Origin: Lingula anatina
Lineage: Eukaryota; Animalia; Brachiopoda
Direction of reading: 5' to 3'
Assembly: GCA_051362555.1 (NCBI GenBank)
Contig: CM120645.1
Location: 4,588,001-4,652,000, forward strand
Length of the DNA: 64,000 bases
This document shows, piece by piece, positions 38,045 to 50,989 of the stretch; position 1 is the first letter of the stretch; the number at the start of each line of letters is the position of its first letter. The notes below the pieces were generated by a model. It did no database searches and was not told the origin of the DNA. It saw nothing but the letters and a program-made list of their open reading frames with translations. The position numbers and the translations under genes were made by a program.

Positions 38045-39980
38045 CCTTTAAAATATCACACTTACATGAGCCAGGGTTGAGCACATTGTAGTACACAGAC
38101 TTCGTATCAACATGTGCATAATACACAGCATCCAGTGTGTCCGGGTCCTTACACTCCTGACCGTCTATAGTGAAGAACCATCTGCTGCAGCCCTCTGGTG
38201 TACCCACATGTAACAATACACGTAGATTACTATCCCACTGAACCCACAGAGCGCTCGAGTTGTGAATTTTGGGGAAGGACACGGTCTGAAAGGATTTAAT
38301 CAGATTTTTTTTTATTCAGTAGCAAACAAGATGCAATCTTGCACTTAATTTTTGCCTATGAATCACATTCACACATCCTTACACATTTGCACTCTCACTC
38401 TCTCTCTCGGTATAAAATATACAATTACAGCAATGCATAGAAATAAAGGTTGACCATTTAATTAGGTTTTTAACCTTACAGTTGAAATAATACGAAGTAT
38501 ATCCTCAGATGGTTGCTTGTCAAATAAATTGCAATATACGCTTAATATATAGGCCCCTATGTTCCTATTTTGTTTTGTATGCACAAAGAATATAAACAAA
38601 CATTTTTGTAGTATTTAACATATTGTCTATTTCCTTATCATGATTTAATCAGATTCCCTAAATTGTCAAATTAAATTTATCAGTGGACAATTGCTTTTTC
38701 AATATATTCTAAGATACGAAGTTTCGAGGTTATCAACACTCAAAGCCATACCTTATTCAACATTATCCGGCTGTGCCCCATTTTTAGAGATAAAATGTGT
38801 AGTTTATGAGTATCAACTTTGCCAATAGCTCAATATTTCCTATGGCGAAAATTAGGATTTTTACAGGCACTGTATTTTTTTTTATTTAATTGATTGATGG
38901 CAACAACATGGAAAAGCGGACCACAATGTTGTTTAATTTTATACAGTAAAAGCACCACAAATGCTACATGCACAGTTTAAATTTTTTTGATTTAAATTTA
39001 TGTATCTGAATGATTGATATTTTTTGCCCATTGAAAAGATCGAGTCATTACCGTGTGTGCAAAATATATTGACATCGATGAAGGAAATCAGTTAGCTAGG
39101 CGTCAAAATAATAATAAAAAAACGCATCTAACATGGGCGCCACATTTACATCACTATTTGTTCTTTATTTAAAAGAAATATCTAAAATGAAAATGATGAA
39201 AAAGAGTAATAAAACACCTTGATAATGCCATTATCTGTACTGTCTTCGTTTTTCCAAGCATACTGTTTTATATGCCGGGATGAGGTAAGCGCCACCTGCT
39301 TCTTCAGGGCCTGGATCTCATTGCGTTGGACGGTGCGCTCGAGGAGAAGCGTTGACAGCTCCGATTCTACGTGGTTCAGCCTGGTTGTCACTTTATCTAG
39401 GACACTCTGCATACTTGAGCACCCTTCTTGGCATTGCGCTGAAGCTTTTGACCCAGTGATCAAATCCACCTTGCGATTAACAGGCCTACCCAACTACCAG
39501 ACTCGGCACCGAATGATCCTGAATTCACCGGTAGATCAGACCACACTACCTGTTTTCAAGGTGTGTGTCGGATCGCATTACACAGTATCATACCCTGAAC
39601 AAATTTTGAGTGGTGATGCAATGCTTTTCAACCCCGCTGAGAATCGTCACTATCACATCGCGTACTAGGCAAGAGCGGTGTCGCGTCTGATACTGTGTAA
39701 TGCGATCTGACACACACCTTGAGAACGGGTAGTGTGGTCTGATCTACCGGTGAATTCAGGATCATTCGGTGCCGAGTCTGGTAGTTGGGTAGGCCTGATT
39801 AAGGTCGGTTAGCTGGGCCGTCATGGTCGAAATTCCGTCGAGGACAGTTTGTCTTGTTTTGGCATCAACAAAGCAGTTTGTGGAGAGATTGGAGGAAATA
39901 TGCATTTCTTCTGAGCAGCTTATACCCACGAGTAAAATCGCACAGACTAAAATGAATTTTATGCCGACGAAATATTCCAT
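37716..39980 (-). CDS. Secreted CTHRC1 C-terminal-domain protein lacking collagen (exons 39980-39218, 38285-38066, 37819-37716); exon 1 disrupted by a TIR insertion in this allele
   Basis: Signal peptide and heptad-like region, then KQYAW..DNG..SFPKIHNSSALWV..LRV..CSRWFFTIDGQEC..GGLCMGVPSG..VALHVGIC..IIIEE, which aligns by eye to the CTHRC1 C-terminus. GT-AG introns have consistent phases (0, 1). 254 aa once the insertion is removed. Confidence 0.85.
39481..39797. mobile_element. 317-bp MITE with ~110-bp TIRs and 5-bp TSD
   Basis: caggcctacccaactaccagactcggcacc... inverted ends; attaa at 39476-39480 and 39798-39802. Confidence 0.92.
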
Positions 39981-41538
39981 CGTGACTGCCGCTCCAAAGT
40001 TGTCTTCTGAAGTGTGACTTTCCGTTTGAGAAATTTAATTAAATAGATAGAAGGCAGATTGGAAAAGCCTTATTGCGAAGCCTTAAAGCCTTCGCAAAAA
40101 TGTCTTCATATTGGCGTTGAAAATGAACATAATTTTCTTTGTTCAGTTGATTAACTTGTGCGTTTGAATAAATTTTATCAAGATATAAGTGACACCGTAA
40201 TGAAAAGTCTGTGTAACTTAGTTTAAAATAGGGCTATATGCAAACAACTTGGGCACACCTTGTCTTGTTCTAAGTTACATTAAGAGCAACCTGCCGTGTG
40301 CCACTATCCTTTTGGCACGTACGAAAGTTATTTTTCAAACTGTCCCCAAGAGAGCATATCATTCTTTTTATTGGCCGGACAAGATTTTTCTCGAGGTTCT
40401 TGAGGTGGACTTGACCCTTGACCTCAAAATCAATAAGAAACAACTATAGGTAATGATGAAACCCCTATCAAATATGAGGAACATAGAACAAATACAGTAC
40501 AAATACAGTGTAGATATCATCTTGGTGATTTCGATGGAAAAGGTAGATCTAAATGTTGATGCTTGCCGGTAAATGGCGATGAACAAAATGCTGTCACATG
40601 CAAGAGCCCATTATGACTAATTTTCTGCTCCAGCATGACGGCCATCTCATCGTGTCCGTCAAGCACGCACAAAAATGGCTGAACAACTCGACTGACTTGC
40701 TTTTTCTCCTGACATGTAACCCAGAGAGTGTTGTCGGCATACTGTAGAGCAAGTTGCAAGAAGGAGATTGAGTGGTTCAGACCATGCAAGGTGTCTAGCA
40801 GGGGGTTTGATCCTAAGGAAGTTAAAACGGTTTTAACCTCATCAGAGAGGTTGAGGCAGAACCCTGGAGGGTAGATAACGGCATAAGGGTTCATGGGAGC
40901 TAAACGAGATAGTAACTCTGAAGTGACATTCAGAATGGAATAATATTAACTTTAAGAGACTCTGGCATTCTGAACAGCGCTATCAGGGTTCGTGGCAGAT
41001 ACAGGAGATCAGAAGTCTGTAGTGATATTCATAATATTTTAATATTAAAACGTGGATGACTCTGGCACGATGAGTCAATCCACTCTTCCAGGAACAGGAC
41101 ATTTGCCTTTCGTGATGAATTACTTAAGGAAAATTTACCCTGGATCACCAGGAATACAAAAATAATGAAAAAAGTTGCACAAATGTACTGTGACTTAAAA
41201 TAAGAACATGAAATCGTGATAAAAAGCCAATTAGCTTCTTGGGAGATACATTTTGATTTATTTTTTCCTTATTGGTGTCACAGTAGTAATGATCTGTTGT
41301 GATTTTAAAAATCATTTCAGCATATTTCTGTGGTCCTTTTGCTGCGTTTCACACACACGCACGCGTGCATGCACCTGTGCCCCGTTCACATTTGTATACA
41401 CGTGAGAATGTTGTTAGCATTCCATGTTAACTTATGAAATGCGAGTTGCCATCGACCTGCTGTGAGACATAACCCACAAATAAGCTTCTTTCTTTTTTCT
41501 TCTTTCTTTCTTTCTTTATTATACATCTGGGTCCATTT

Positions 41539-41814
41539 CAGGCCTACCCAACTACCAGACTCGGCACCTAATGATCCCGAATTCACCGGTAGATCGGACC
41601 ACACTACCCGTTTTCAAGGTGTGAGTCAGTACGCATTTCACAGTATCATACCCCGAACAAATTTTGAGTAGTGATGCATCACTACTCAAAATTTGTTCGG
41701 GGTATGATACTGTGAAATGCGTACTGATACACACCTTGAAAACGGGTAGTGTGGTCCGATCTACCGGTGAATTCAGGATCATTCGGTGCCGAGTCTGGTA
41801 GTTGGGTAGGCCTG
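41539..41814. mobile_element. 276-bp spacerless palindromic (foldback) copy of the same MITE family
   Basis: Two 138-bp arms centred on gatg|catc (41676/41677) with about 3 mismatches; TSD cattt (41534-41538, 41815-41819). Confidence 0.93.
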
Positions 41815-42629
41815 CATTTTACCAACACTGGATAGCGCTGACCGAAGGCTAAATTTGTTATCCTATGGACAGTTATCCTGAGGACAGCAGCCATTTGCAT
41901 CCTGGAGAGCAATATCAGAGACAAATAGTATCTAGCATGATACATGTATATAATTTTATGCACAGGAAAAGTGCCCAGATAAAAATGGTTGATGAAACTC
42001 GGCTCTGATATTTGTGTAGTTAATGTGATGCTTGATATGCGGGAACTTTCTTCAATTATGTGGGTTGAGTGCCATCTGATGTGAAATGGCTGGTGCTCCA
42101 TATTGTATGGTTTATGTGCTTTGAGGATTTCAGATGCCTGTTTCAATCTGTCTAACTCAGTTCTTCGCTGTACTTTCTACAGAGGTGTTCACGTTGGATA
42201 CAGACCCACGAATAACACACACGCACACAGTGACACACACACATATATATATATTGATGTCGACCCAATATTATGATATATAATCCTATATTGGTTCGAG
42301 CTCGAGCTCAGTATAACTACAGGCTATGCCCTAATTGAAACAACAATTCTAATACATACATTGCATGATGGAAATTTCCATAGACAGACTTGAATAAAAG
42401 TATAGGAAAAAGACTAAAAAATCAAAAAATCATAGCAATCAAGTATATGAAGTTTTAAAACGAAATTAGACAGCATAGACAAGATGACATCAAGAAAGCA
42501 CAGCTTTCTAAATACTAGGTTTTTAAACAAAATGTGTTGATAAAAAGTTCTGTTAAAGCTTTGCTAAGAGCGTTTCGCAAAATGAATGTACCCTTATAAC
42601 GGCTGCATGTCAAAAACTGATGTGCCATT

Positions 42630-42854
42630 CCCGGGAGGGGCAACACTGATTAGGCTGGGTACAAAAAATGAAAGGAAATAAAAGCGTCAAAATAAGTAAT
42701 TTTTAGAAAGATGCGTAAACAAGTTTCCTAAAATAAAAAGGGGTTTCGTTGTTTGAACAGAAGAAAGGCAATGAGAAGTACGCGTTCAAGGCTCAAATTT
42801 TAAGACCGTTTTACAGAGTATGTGCCCGTCCTTCCTATGAGTGCTTCCCCCGGG
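42630..42854. mobile_element. Small CCCGGG-ended non-autonomous DNA element
   Basis: cccgggagggg ... cccccggg inverted ends; TSD unclear. Confidence 0.4.
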
Positions 42855-43173
42855 GTAAACGGAATTTTTAAAACATTACGAACACTGTGGTCATCACACT
42901 CGAACGATTGGAAGCAGGATTATCAGACGTTCTTCAGCAACATAAACGGTTAAACAAGATGTACAGGTAAGTTGTTATGTTCAACTAAGTTCTTAATATT
43001 CATCGAATGATGAATCTAAACCGTAATTATTCACATAGACGATTAAGTGTAAAAAAGCTCCTCCAGACCTAACTTTAATATGCATAGTTTTAATTTGCAA
43101 CAAAATTACATTGGAAATGGAAATATTGATTTAAAAAAACAAACAAATAAATGTGTTGCATGCCTTTCGTTTT

Positions 43174-46100
43174 TTTGTACAGACACAGATGTGTGTCTGT
43201 ACATATTGCCATTACCTGCGTCTGTCGTCGCCGTCGTCGCCGGTGTCGCCGTCGTCGCCTTCGTCGCCGTGCACTTTCAGCGTTAACACGATAAGTGGAA
43301 GACAGTTTTACTTTTTGGCTTTATATTTACAGAGCTGATGAATATTCATAAAACGCAGGTCAAGTTCGAAAATCAGCATGATCGGGCCATTATTGTAGAA
43401 GTTATGCTATTTTTCCACTTTTCAGCATATATGCAACACCGTTAACACATTTCAAGGAAAACCGATAGACCTGTTGTCATGAAACTCACAGGGGTAATCA
43501 ATCTTACTAAAACGCAGGTCAAGTTCGAAAATCGGTATGATTGGGCCACTATTTTAGTAGTAATGCTGTTTTTTTACACTTTTCAGCATATATGCAACAC
43601 TGTAAAAACACAATATAAGAAAAACAGATAGGCCAATTGGCATGAAAGTCACAGAAGTGGTCAATTTTACTAAAATGCAGGTTGAGTTAGTAAATCAGCA
43701 TAATCGTGCCATTATTTTAGAAGGTATGCTGTTTTTTCACATTTCCTCAGATTCGATTCTTAGGCATGTTAACAGTCTCATTATTGAACTAATAAGATAC
43801 GTAAAAGCGTTTGTTTGACATTTCCTGCATCTTTACAACATTGTTAGTTGATTATGTAAAAATGATGATAAACTTGTTATCGTGTATTGTGTAATAAAGT
43901 GTCAAAAAATGGAAATAAACTCTTATCATTGTAGTTTATAAGATTCATTCATTCACTATGTTCAGAAACATAGAATGGAGGAAATTGGACATTAAACCCT
44001 GTTCTATTGATATTTTTCCCATCAATTTTCTTAGTTGATCATATAAAAATGGCAGTAAAGTGTTAATTTTGTTATATGTTAAAAAATTGTTAAAAATGGA
44101 AAAAAAACATTTCAGGACAATGCTGTCTTGTCTACATTTTGGCATTTTCAAGGTGTGACTTTGAATTTTCATGGGCCTGAAGACCTTTGCTAGTCACATT
44201 TTCTGAATATCCATGATAATTATATTTTATTATTAAAAATTGATGGTCATTATGCTGTTTTTGAATATCCATGATACTAATATCTTATTATTAAAAATTG
44301 ATGGTCATTATGCTGTTAAACATTATGTAATATTGCATCAAAATTTGAAAAAAAACTATTTTGGGCACTGCTACCATGATGACCATTTAAGAAAAACCAT
44401 GTCACTTACTGTTCTCAAACAGTAGAGTAAATATATATAGATGTGTCTGTACATATTGTCATCACCTGCGTCTGTCGTCACCGTCATCGCCGGCGCCGTG
44501 CACTTTCATTGTAAGCACGATAAGAGTTCAAAAATCAGCATAATCGGGCCATTATTTTAGAAGTTATGCTTTTTTTTACATTTCCTCAGATTCAATTCTT
44601 AGGCATGTTAACAGTTTCATTATTTAATTAATAAGATACGTAAAAGTGTTTGTTTGACATTTCCTGCATCTTTACAACATTGTTAGTTGATTATCTAAAA
44701 ATGATGGTAAACTTGTTATCGTGTATTGTGTAATAAAGTGTCAAAAATGGAAATAAACTCATATCATTGCAGTTTGTCAGATTCAATCATTCACTATGTT
44801 CAGAATCACAGAATGGAGGAAAGTGGACATTTAACACTCTTCTATTGATATTTTTCCCATCCCATCAATTTTCTTAGTTGATCATATAAAAATGGCAGTA
44901 AACTGTTAATTTAGTTTTATGTTAAAAAATTGTTAAAAATGAAAAAAAAAACATTTCAGAACAGTGCTGTCTTGTCAAGGTGTGACTTTGAAGTTCAATG
45001 GGCCTGAAGACCTTTGCTTGTCACATTTTCTGAATATCCATGATACTAATATTTTATTATTAAAAATTGATGGTTATTATCCTGTTAAACATTATGTAAT
45101 ATTGCATCTAAATTTGAAGAAACCCCTATTTTGGACACTGCTCCCATGATGACCATTTAAGGAAAACCATGTCACTTACTGTTCTCAAACTTACAGGAAA
45201 GAAACATGGGACTTAAATAAAGCTTCAGTGAGCAATGCACTCTATTTGGTAAATTTTTCTGGCAGTTAAACAGTTTTTTGTGAAAATTTAATTTTTCACA
45301 TATTGGCATTTTCAAGGTGTGACTTAGAACCTCCACGGGCTTGAAGACCCATGCTAGTAACATTTTCTGAAAATCCATGATACGTTTATTTTATTATTAA
45401 AAACTGATGGTCTTTATGCTGTTAAGCATTATGTAATATTGCATCAAAATAGAAGAAAACACAATTTTCGGTGCTGCTGCCATGATGACCATCATGGGAA
45501 AACCATGTTACTTATGATTGTCAAACTTTCAAAAAAGAAACATAGGACTAAAATGCAGCTCGAGTTGGAAAAGCAGTCTAATTGGCTTCTTTTTCTGGAA
45601 GTTATACATTTTAGTGAAATATTCATTTTTATCATGTTGGCATATTCATTGTGGGACTCCAAGCTCCCATGGACATGAAGCCAAATGGTAATCAAATTTT
45701 CTACATGTCCATGCTATTTATAGTCAATAATCAAAAATTGGTGATAATTATTCTGTAATTTATTATGTAATGTTATATCAAAATTGACAAAAAAATCTTT
45801 TTGCACTGCTACTACAAACATTATGAAAAGAAAACTGTGTTGCTTATTACTATTTTTTCAACTTACAAGTATGGTTTTTAGGATTGGCATGCAGTTCAAA
45901 ATTAGAAAGCCAGCTCAATTGGGTTATCATTTATTATTGAATTGATGCAGTTTTGTGTGAAATTTTCATTTTTCTCATTCTGGCATTTTCAAAGTGTGAA
46001 CTTGAACTCCCATGGGCCTGAAGCCTTATGCTTGTTACACATTTAACTTACATTTGTACTTACATTGGTATTACCTGTTGAGCATAATTAAAATTTGATG

Positions 46101-46208
46101 TTGAATTTGCAGTTAAGCATAATGTAAATGTACTTTTGCATCAGAATTGACAATAGCCTATTTTGTGCATTGTTATTGTCTGTACATTTGACAGCTTTGC
46201 TGCCTTGT
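43174..46208 (+). mobile_element. HINE family 1 copy D, full length (~3 kb)
   Basis: T-run, tgtacagac..gtctgtacat 5' foldback, (cgtcgc)n microsatellite, three ~160-bp repeats, 3' subTIR gtctgtacat, hairpin gacagctttgctgcc, then ttgtt. Confidence 0.9.
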
Positions 46209-46929
46209 TTGAAAATTTGCAACCAACTCAAATTTGGGTTTCAATACTGCCGCTGGCATGTGTTTTTAATGGGAAAATAAAGGTCAGCTAGTGATAAGTT
46301 TTCATGAAATGAAATGCCAGCATAAATATGGTATTAAACGATCAATGTGTCAGGAAACGGCATGGCGATTATTTGTATGGTAATTGTTTATCTCATAGGA
46401 ACCCTACTCAGGGGCCTGCTGTGCTGCACTGTATATATCTGTCATATATTTTACATCGTAACACATCAAGAAAATTAAAATAACATTGAAAATAAAAAGA
46501 TCTTTGAGTGCGGTCATTAGTTAGGTAGCTGACAGAGCGCCATTCTCATTGCATTGGAGATTCAGACCCCAAACTTCCTTTATATGCATACGCCATTGAC
46601 ATTTATCATATATACATTTCCGCAGCCTTTTCTCACAAAGCATTAAAAATTTAATAGATGAAATTTATGTAAAAAGTAACGGGAATATCAAAAGGAAAGA
46701 TAATACCCATTTTGGGAGGAGGGCCATTTTGTGAATGTTTAAATATGTGAATGTTACACACACTGGACGATAGAAGTGTCACCCCTACTGAACCAATACT
46801 TTGGGGGAGATAAATGACTGTGGAATGATATGCTCCTGCTATCATTTTATTAACATCATATTTCACAAAATGAGAACAAAATATACATTCTTCCAAGATA
46901 TGCAGTTTCAAGTCCAAAATTAGTGCTTA

Positions 46930-47900
46930 GTGGCATAACCACGTGACCTAATAATAGCTGCTAGTCTACGAGGCAAGAATTAATATAATTGTCTGATGCG
47001 TTCAGGGCTTATGCTGGCCCAAGCATGAAACACTGAATCTAACAGTTTGTCCGCTGGTTGGACGGGCATTTGTCAAAAGTTTTAACATATCATTCCACAC
47101 ATTTTCTATTATGCATGTTTGCATCCGGACTCTGGGCAGGCCACCTCATCCTGCGAATGTCCTGTTGGTCAAACCAATCATCAACTGCTCTGGGCCTGTG
47201 ACAAAGAGCATTGTCATCCTGGTGAACAAATGAATAATCTCTGTCACCAAGCATGTTAGTAATAGATGGTTACAAGCCTTAAACCAAAACATAGATATAT
47301 TTCTGGTGATTCATATTTCCATCAACCACTACCAATTCACCCACGCCATGGATGCTGATGCAGCCCCACACCATGATGAATATGCTGCTCCGGGTTCGAA
47401 AATTCAGTGCATGTGGTTCAAATGCTTTACCAGCAGTTCGCCAGCATCGTACCAGTCTGTCATCAAAGGTCAGACCAAAGCGACACTCATCAGAAAAAAA
47501 CTATATAGGACCAATTGTCATGGACTGTCCAGTTCCAGATCCTGTTGGCCCTAGTTCACTCTACATTGCCTGTTTTGTAACGATATAAGAGGTTTCAGTC
47601 TTGCTACCCTTGCTACCCTACCCTTGATACTCTCTGAGCATGTAACCGACGCCTAGCAGTTTTCACAGACACATTTTTATGTGTGAAATTGTTCCACTGT
47701 GTTGTCAACAGACAAGTTATGTCGAACCTCGACAACATGGACATCAAAATCATTCGTCGGTCTTCACGGTCAGTAGTTTTTCTTGGACGACCCATCAGAG
47801 ACAATTTGTCCATTGATACAGTGTTTCTATACCGAGAGCAGACCCTCTGCACGGTTCTGACTGAACAATTCAACTGTATCAGGAATAACATTTGCTGTAC
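46930..47900 (-). pseudogene. Decayed Tc1-type transposase
   Basis: GRPRKTTDREDR, VSVKTARRRL, FSDECRF, MVWGCIS, QDDNA..H and WPAQSPD, with stops and frameshifts. Confidence 0.88.
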
Positions 47901-50120
47901 ATGTACAAGACCAACAATACAATTCCATGGTATAGCGGTTTTATACTCATTGGTCACATTATACATGTATAACTACCCAAGATCTGCCTACTTTTATTAC
48001 TCTGATTTAGGGGCTGACACTTCTATTGTCCAGCGTGTGTACTTTGTTATTGTTAAATTTACCAAAGACATATTTCTTATTTCCTCAGTGGTTTGATGAT
48101 TAAAATATTTTTTGTTTCCACTATTGTTTCAGAACCGTTACGACACTTATCTTCACCCTGCTATGTTCTTTAAACGTGCGCTGTGACATCTGGGATTGTA
48201 ATGCCCTAAGGACAGAAAGTTCTGATGCAGGTTATCTTGAAATACTGATGAATGGGAAATGGCCAGCGTTAGAACAAAACGGAGCTGGGTTTATGCAGCA
48301 TCATGTATGCGCTGGGAGATCAGAGTGAGTAGTATGGCGCTCGTTTATTCTTAATGATATTAAAGTTAAAGGGGAAAATGCGTTTAGGTAGTGTACTTTT
48401 GGTACACTTCGCAACAGTGTTGCGGATTTACTTTTTTTTTTTTGCGTATAGCGTCAGCAACTAACAGTAATGCTGGCGATCTAGCAATATAATCTGCATG
48501 GGTACCTATCAATTTTTGTCGTCTATGTGTGTCATTTACATGTATGCTGAGAATTCTTTGTAAGAAATACGGACTTTGAACTCAATCTGTGAAGAAAATT
48601 GCAATTAAAGTGCACATTGGGCACTATAGTAATTGAATCCAAAGTTCAAATAATCATAACAACAAAAATAACATTGGTACCTACCATTTTTTAAATTTTT
48701 TAATAATGATGCAATCGGGTCAACATCGCATGTATAAAAATTCGAGAAAAATCTATCAGACAGAAACCATAAATGAAGCAACCCCCCCTTTTTCATTCGT
48801 TAGAGATAAGGGGAGTATAGCTGTTCAGCCAGGGGTAATATAGACGAGATAACATGACGTTTCTGTATAGCGCTGAAAAAAAATTGAAAAATGATTCCTA
48901 TAAAATAACCTCTTTTGCCTTTAAACAATTTCCTCACTTTAATGCATCTCATCTAGTTGATTTTCTGTTCAATTTAATGAATATTTTGCTTGGTTATATA
49001 GACGCCATTATAATTTTTCATTAACACTGTGTTAACACGTGAAAAAGATGTAACACGGCGAAATAATCCATTGGGACTATTGTGATAGAGTAAAGTTTTT
49101 TGGTGTAAGATGAGTCACTGTGGAGCTGATTTCCTCGCGTAATTTTATAAGACAATAATAGTGGGGTGGTTTAGGGTAAAAATGGTTAAATCGTGACACG
49201 GCGGATGAAGCACCAACTTTTGACATATTACTCAAATATTATATCTGTGATGAGTAACTAACCTTTATTCTTAGACCTTTCGATAAAATCCAAGATGGCC
49301 GCCATGTCAGAGGAATACTAGTGTACACATGGGGCTTCCACTGGTGAGAATGCTGTGTATCCTTTACATTTTGAAGATACACCATTACATCCATCAATCA
49401 GATCTGAACAATAGAACAACTTTTCCTTTCTGATTAAATAATTGACTTAAATGCACTTTGTTCTTTAACATACGTGACGGGCTACATATTTCTTCTCCCC
49501 TTTTTTGCCTCCATGATCCCGTCATGAATTTCCTTCAAGGTGTCACCACATCAAGTGCCTAGGAGATATCACTGTCATACATATAACACAATCATTTGCT
49601 GTACTTTTAGCATAATATATTCATCTTAATTGACCTACAAATATTTTTATTGCATTTATCTTGCAGTAATCAGACTATTATAAAGTTTGGGCGGGACGCA
49701 GTGGACTTTTTTAGCGACCACTTTGGAATAGATATGTGCAATGTGACTCACTCTGCTATCCTTGATGGGCGTGTAATAGTAGCTGGCGGGAATATGGAGT
49801 TTCATCCCTTCCACCTTAACCCAAATACACAGTGTCGTGTTAAATCTGGTAGGAAAATTTTGTAAAACTGATTGCATTCAGCATAAGTCCCAACCAAGTT
49901 GACAGATACTTTCAATGGGACTAATCCTATAATTTGATAATGATAGCCTTATAGAAATCCATTATCGATCACATCACATTTATTTCCGTATTTGGTAGAT
50001 TTCATACAAAATGCACCTAGCATATAAGTTTTTTATCCATGTTTTTCATATGGCCTGTGACGTGGGTCCCAGATGGATTTTTCCATCAGCTCCTCGTGGG
50101 TCCCAGATGGGTTAAAATAA

Positions 50121-50280
50121 CCAAGCAGACATAGTTGCGTTGGATCAACGTTGAAAACAGGTTGATACGTTGAATTGCCGTTGATCTACCTAAATTCAAC
50201 GTAAAATCAACGTCGATCCAGCCACGTCGAAACACCGTCATAATGTGACGTTGACTCAACATTGTATTTTGGTCAATGAC
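50121..50280. repeat. Terminus-like region with caacgttg-type subterminal repeats (EnSpm/CACTA-like); related regions at 60150-60308 and ~37238-37385
   Basis: cc(c/a)agc start followed by many (t)caacgt(tg) motifs. The inverted version ends gctggg at 60308. Pairing of the two ends is not proven. Confidence 0.45.
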
Positions 50281-50580
50281 ACAACCTTGCAGTTATGGAT
50301 TGTAATTTAAAATATTAATTATTGAAAACGTGATACTTTGTTTATCAATACTGTAACTAAATTTCTCAAAATAATAACAAAAGGGTTTTAAAGTAAAAGT
50401 GACAGTTGTTTTGTGTCTTTAGTAAACTAGTGAATTTTCTTAACTTGTTATTCAGAAATACATTCCAATGAACTGAATTCCTTGCAAAGTCAGCTAACAC
50501 TAGGATGAATAAGTTGCTGTAAATGTGATGGAGTTAACAGTTCTTGGTAACCTGTTAGAGATAGACAGGTTGAGGTGACT

Positions 50581-50648
<68 letters not shown>

Positions 50649-50989
50649 CTTGACAATTAATACGGAATATTTTTTCCAAATCATTTTCATCAGTTTTTTC
50701 CTATTTTACTGACTGATAAATGAAATAAGGATTAAAATCATGTTTTAATAACTTTTAATTATCTCTTTGATGTCATTGTGACATCAGTTCATTGATGAAA
50801 TTCGCCAGAGAGAAGGAAACAAAAACACATTGCCTATTCTATGTCATACGACAACCATTAATAGAGATATTTTGGATCTCCATATTTTCCAAATTATTGT
50901 CTGTAAAAGAGTTACACGCTCCACAAATGACCCTCATGTCAGTGTCTAGTCACAGTAACGGTCGCTGTTACGCCTGACCTCTTCTGGCT

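Noticed and set aside
39219-39668. 149-aa plus-strand ORF
   Set aside because: Antisense to the CTHRC1-like exon and running into the MITE.
41639-41665. RSS-like cacagta-11 nt-acaaatttt in the MITE (Transib/RAG link, 5-bp TSD)
   Set aside because: It is internal rather than terminal, the spacer is 11 nt, the nonamer is poor and the element ends are CAG, not CAC.
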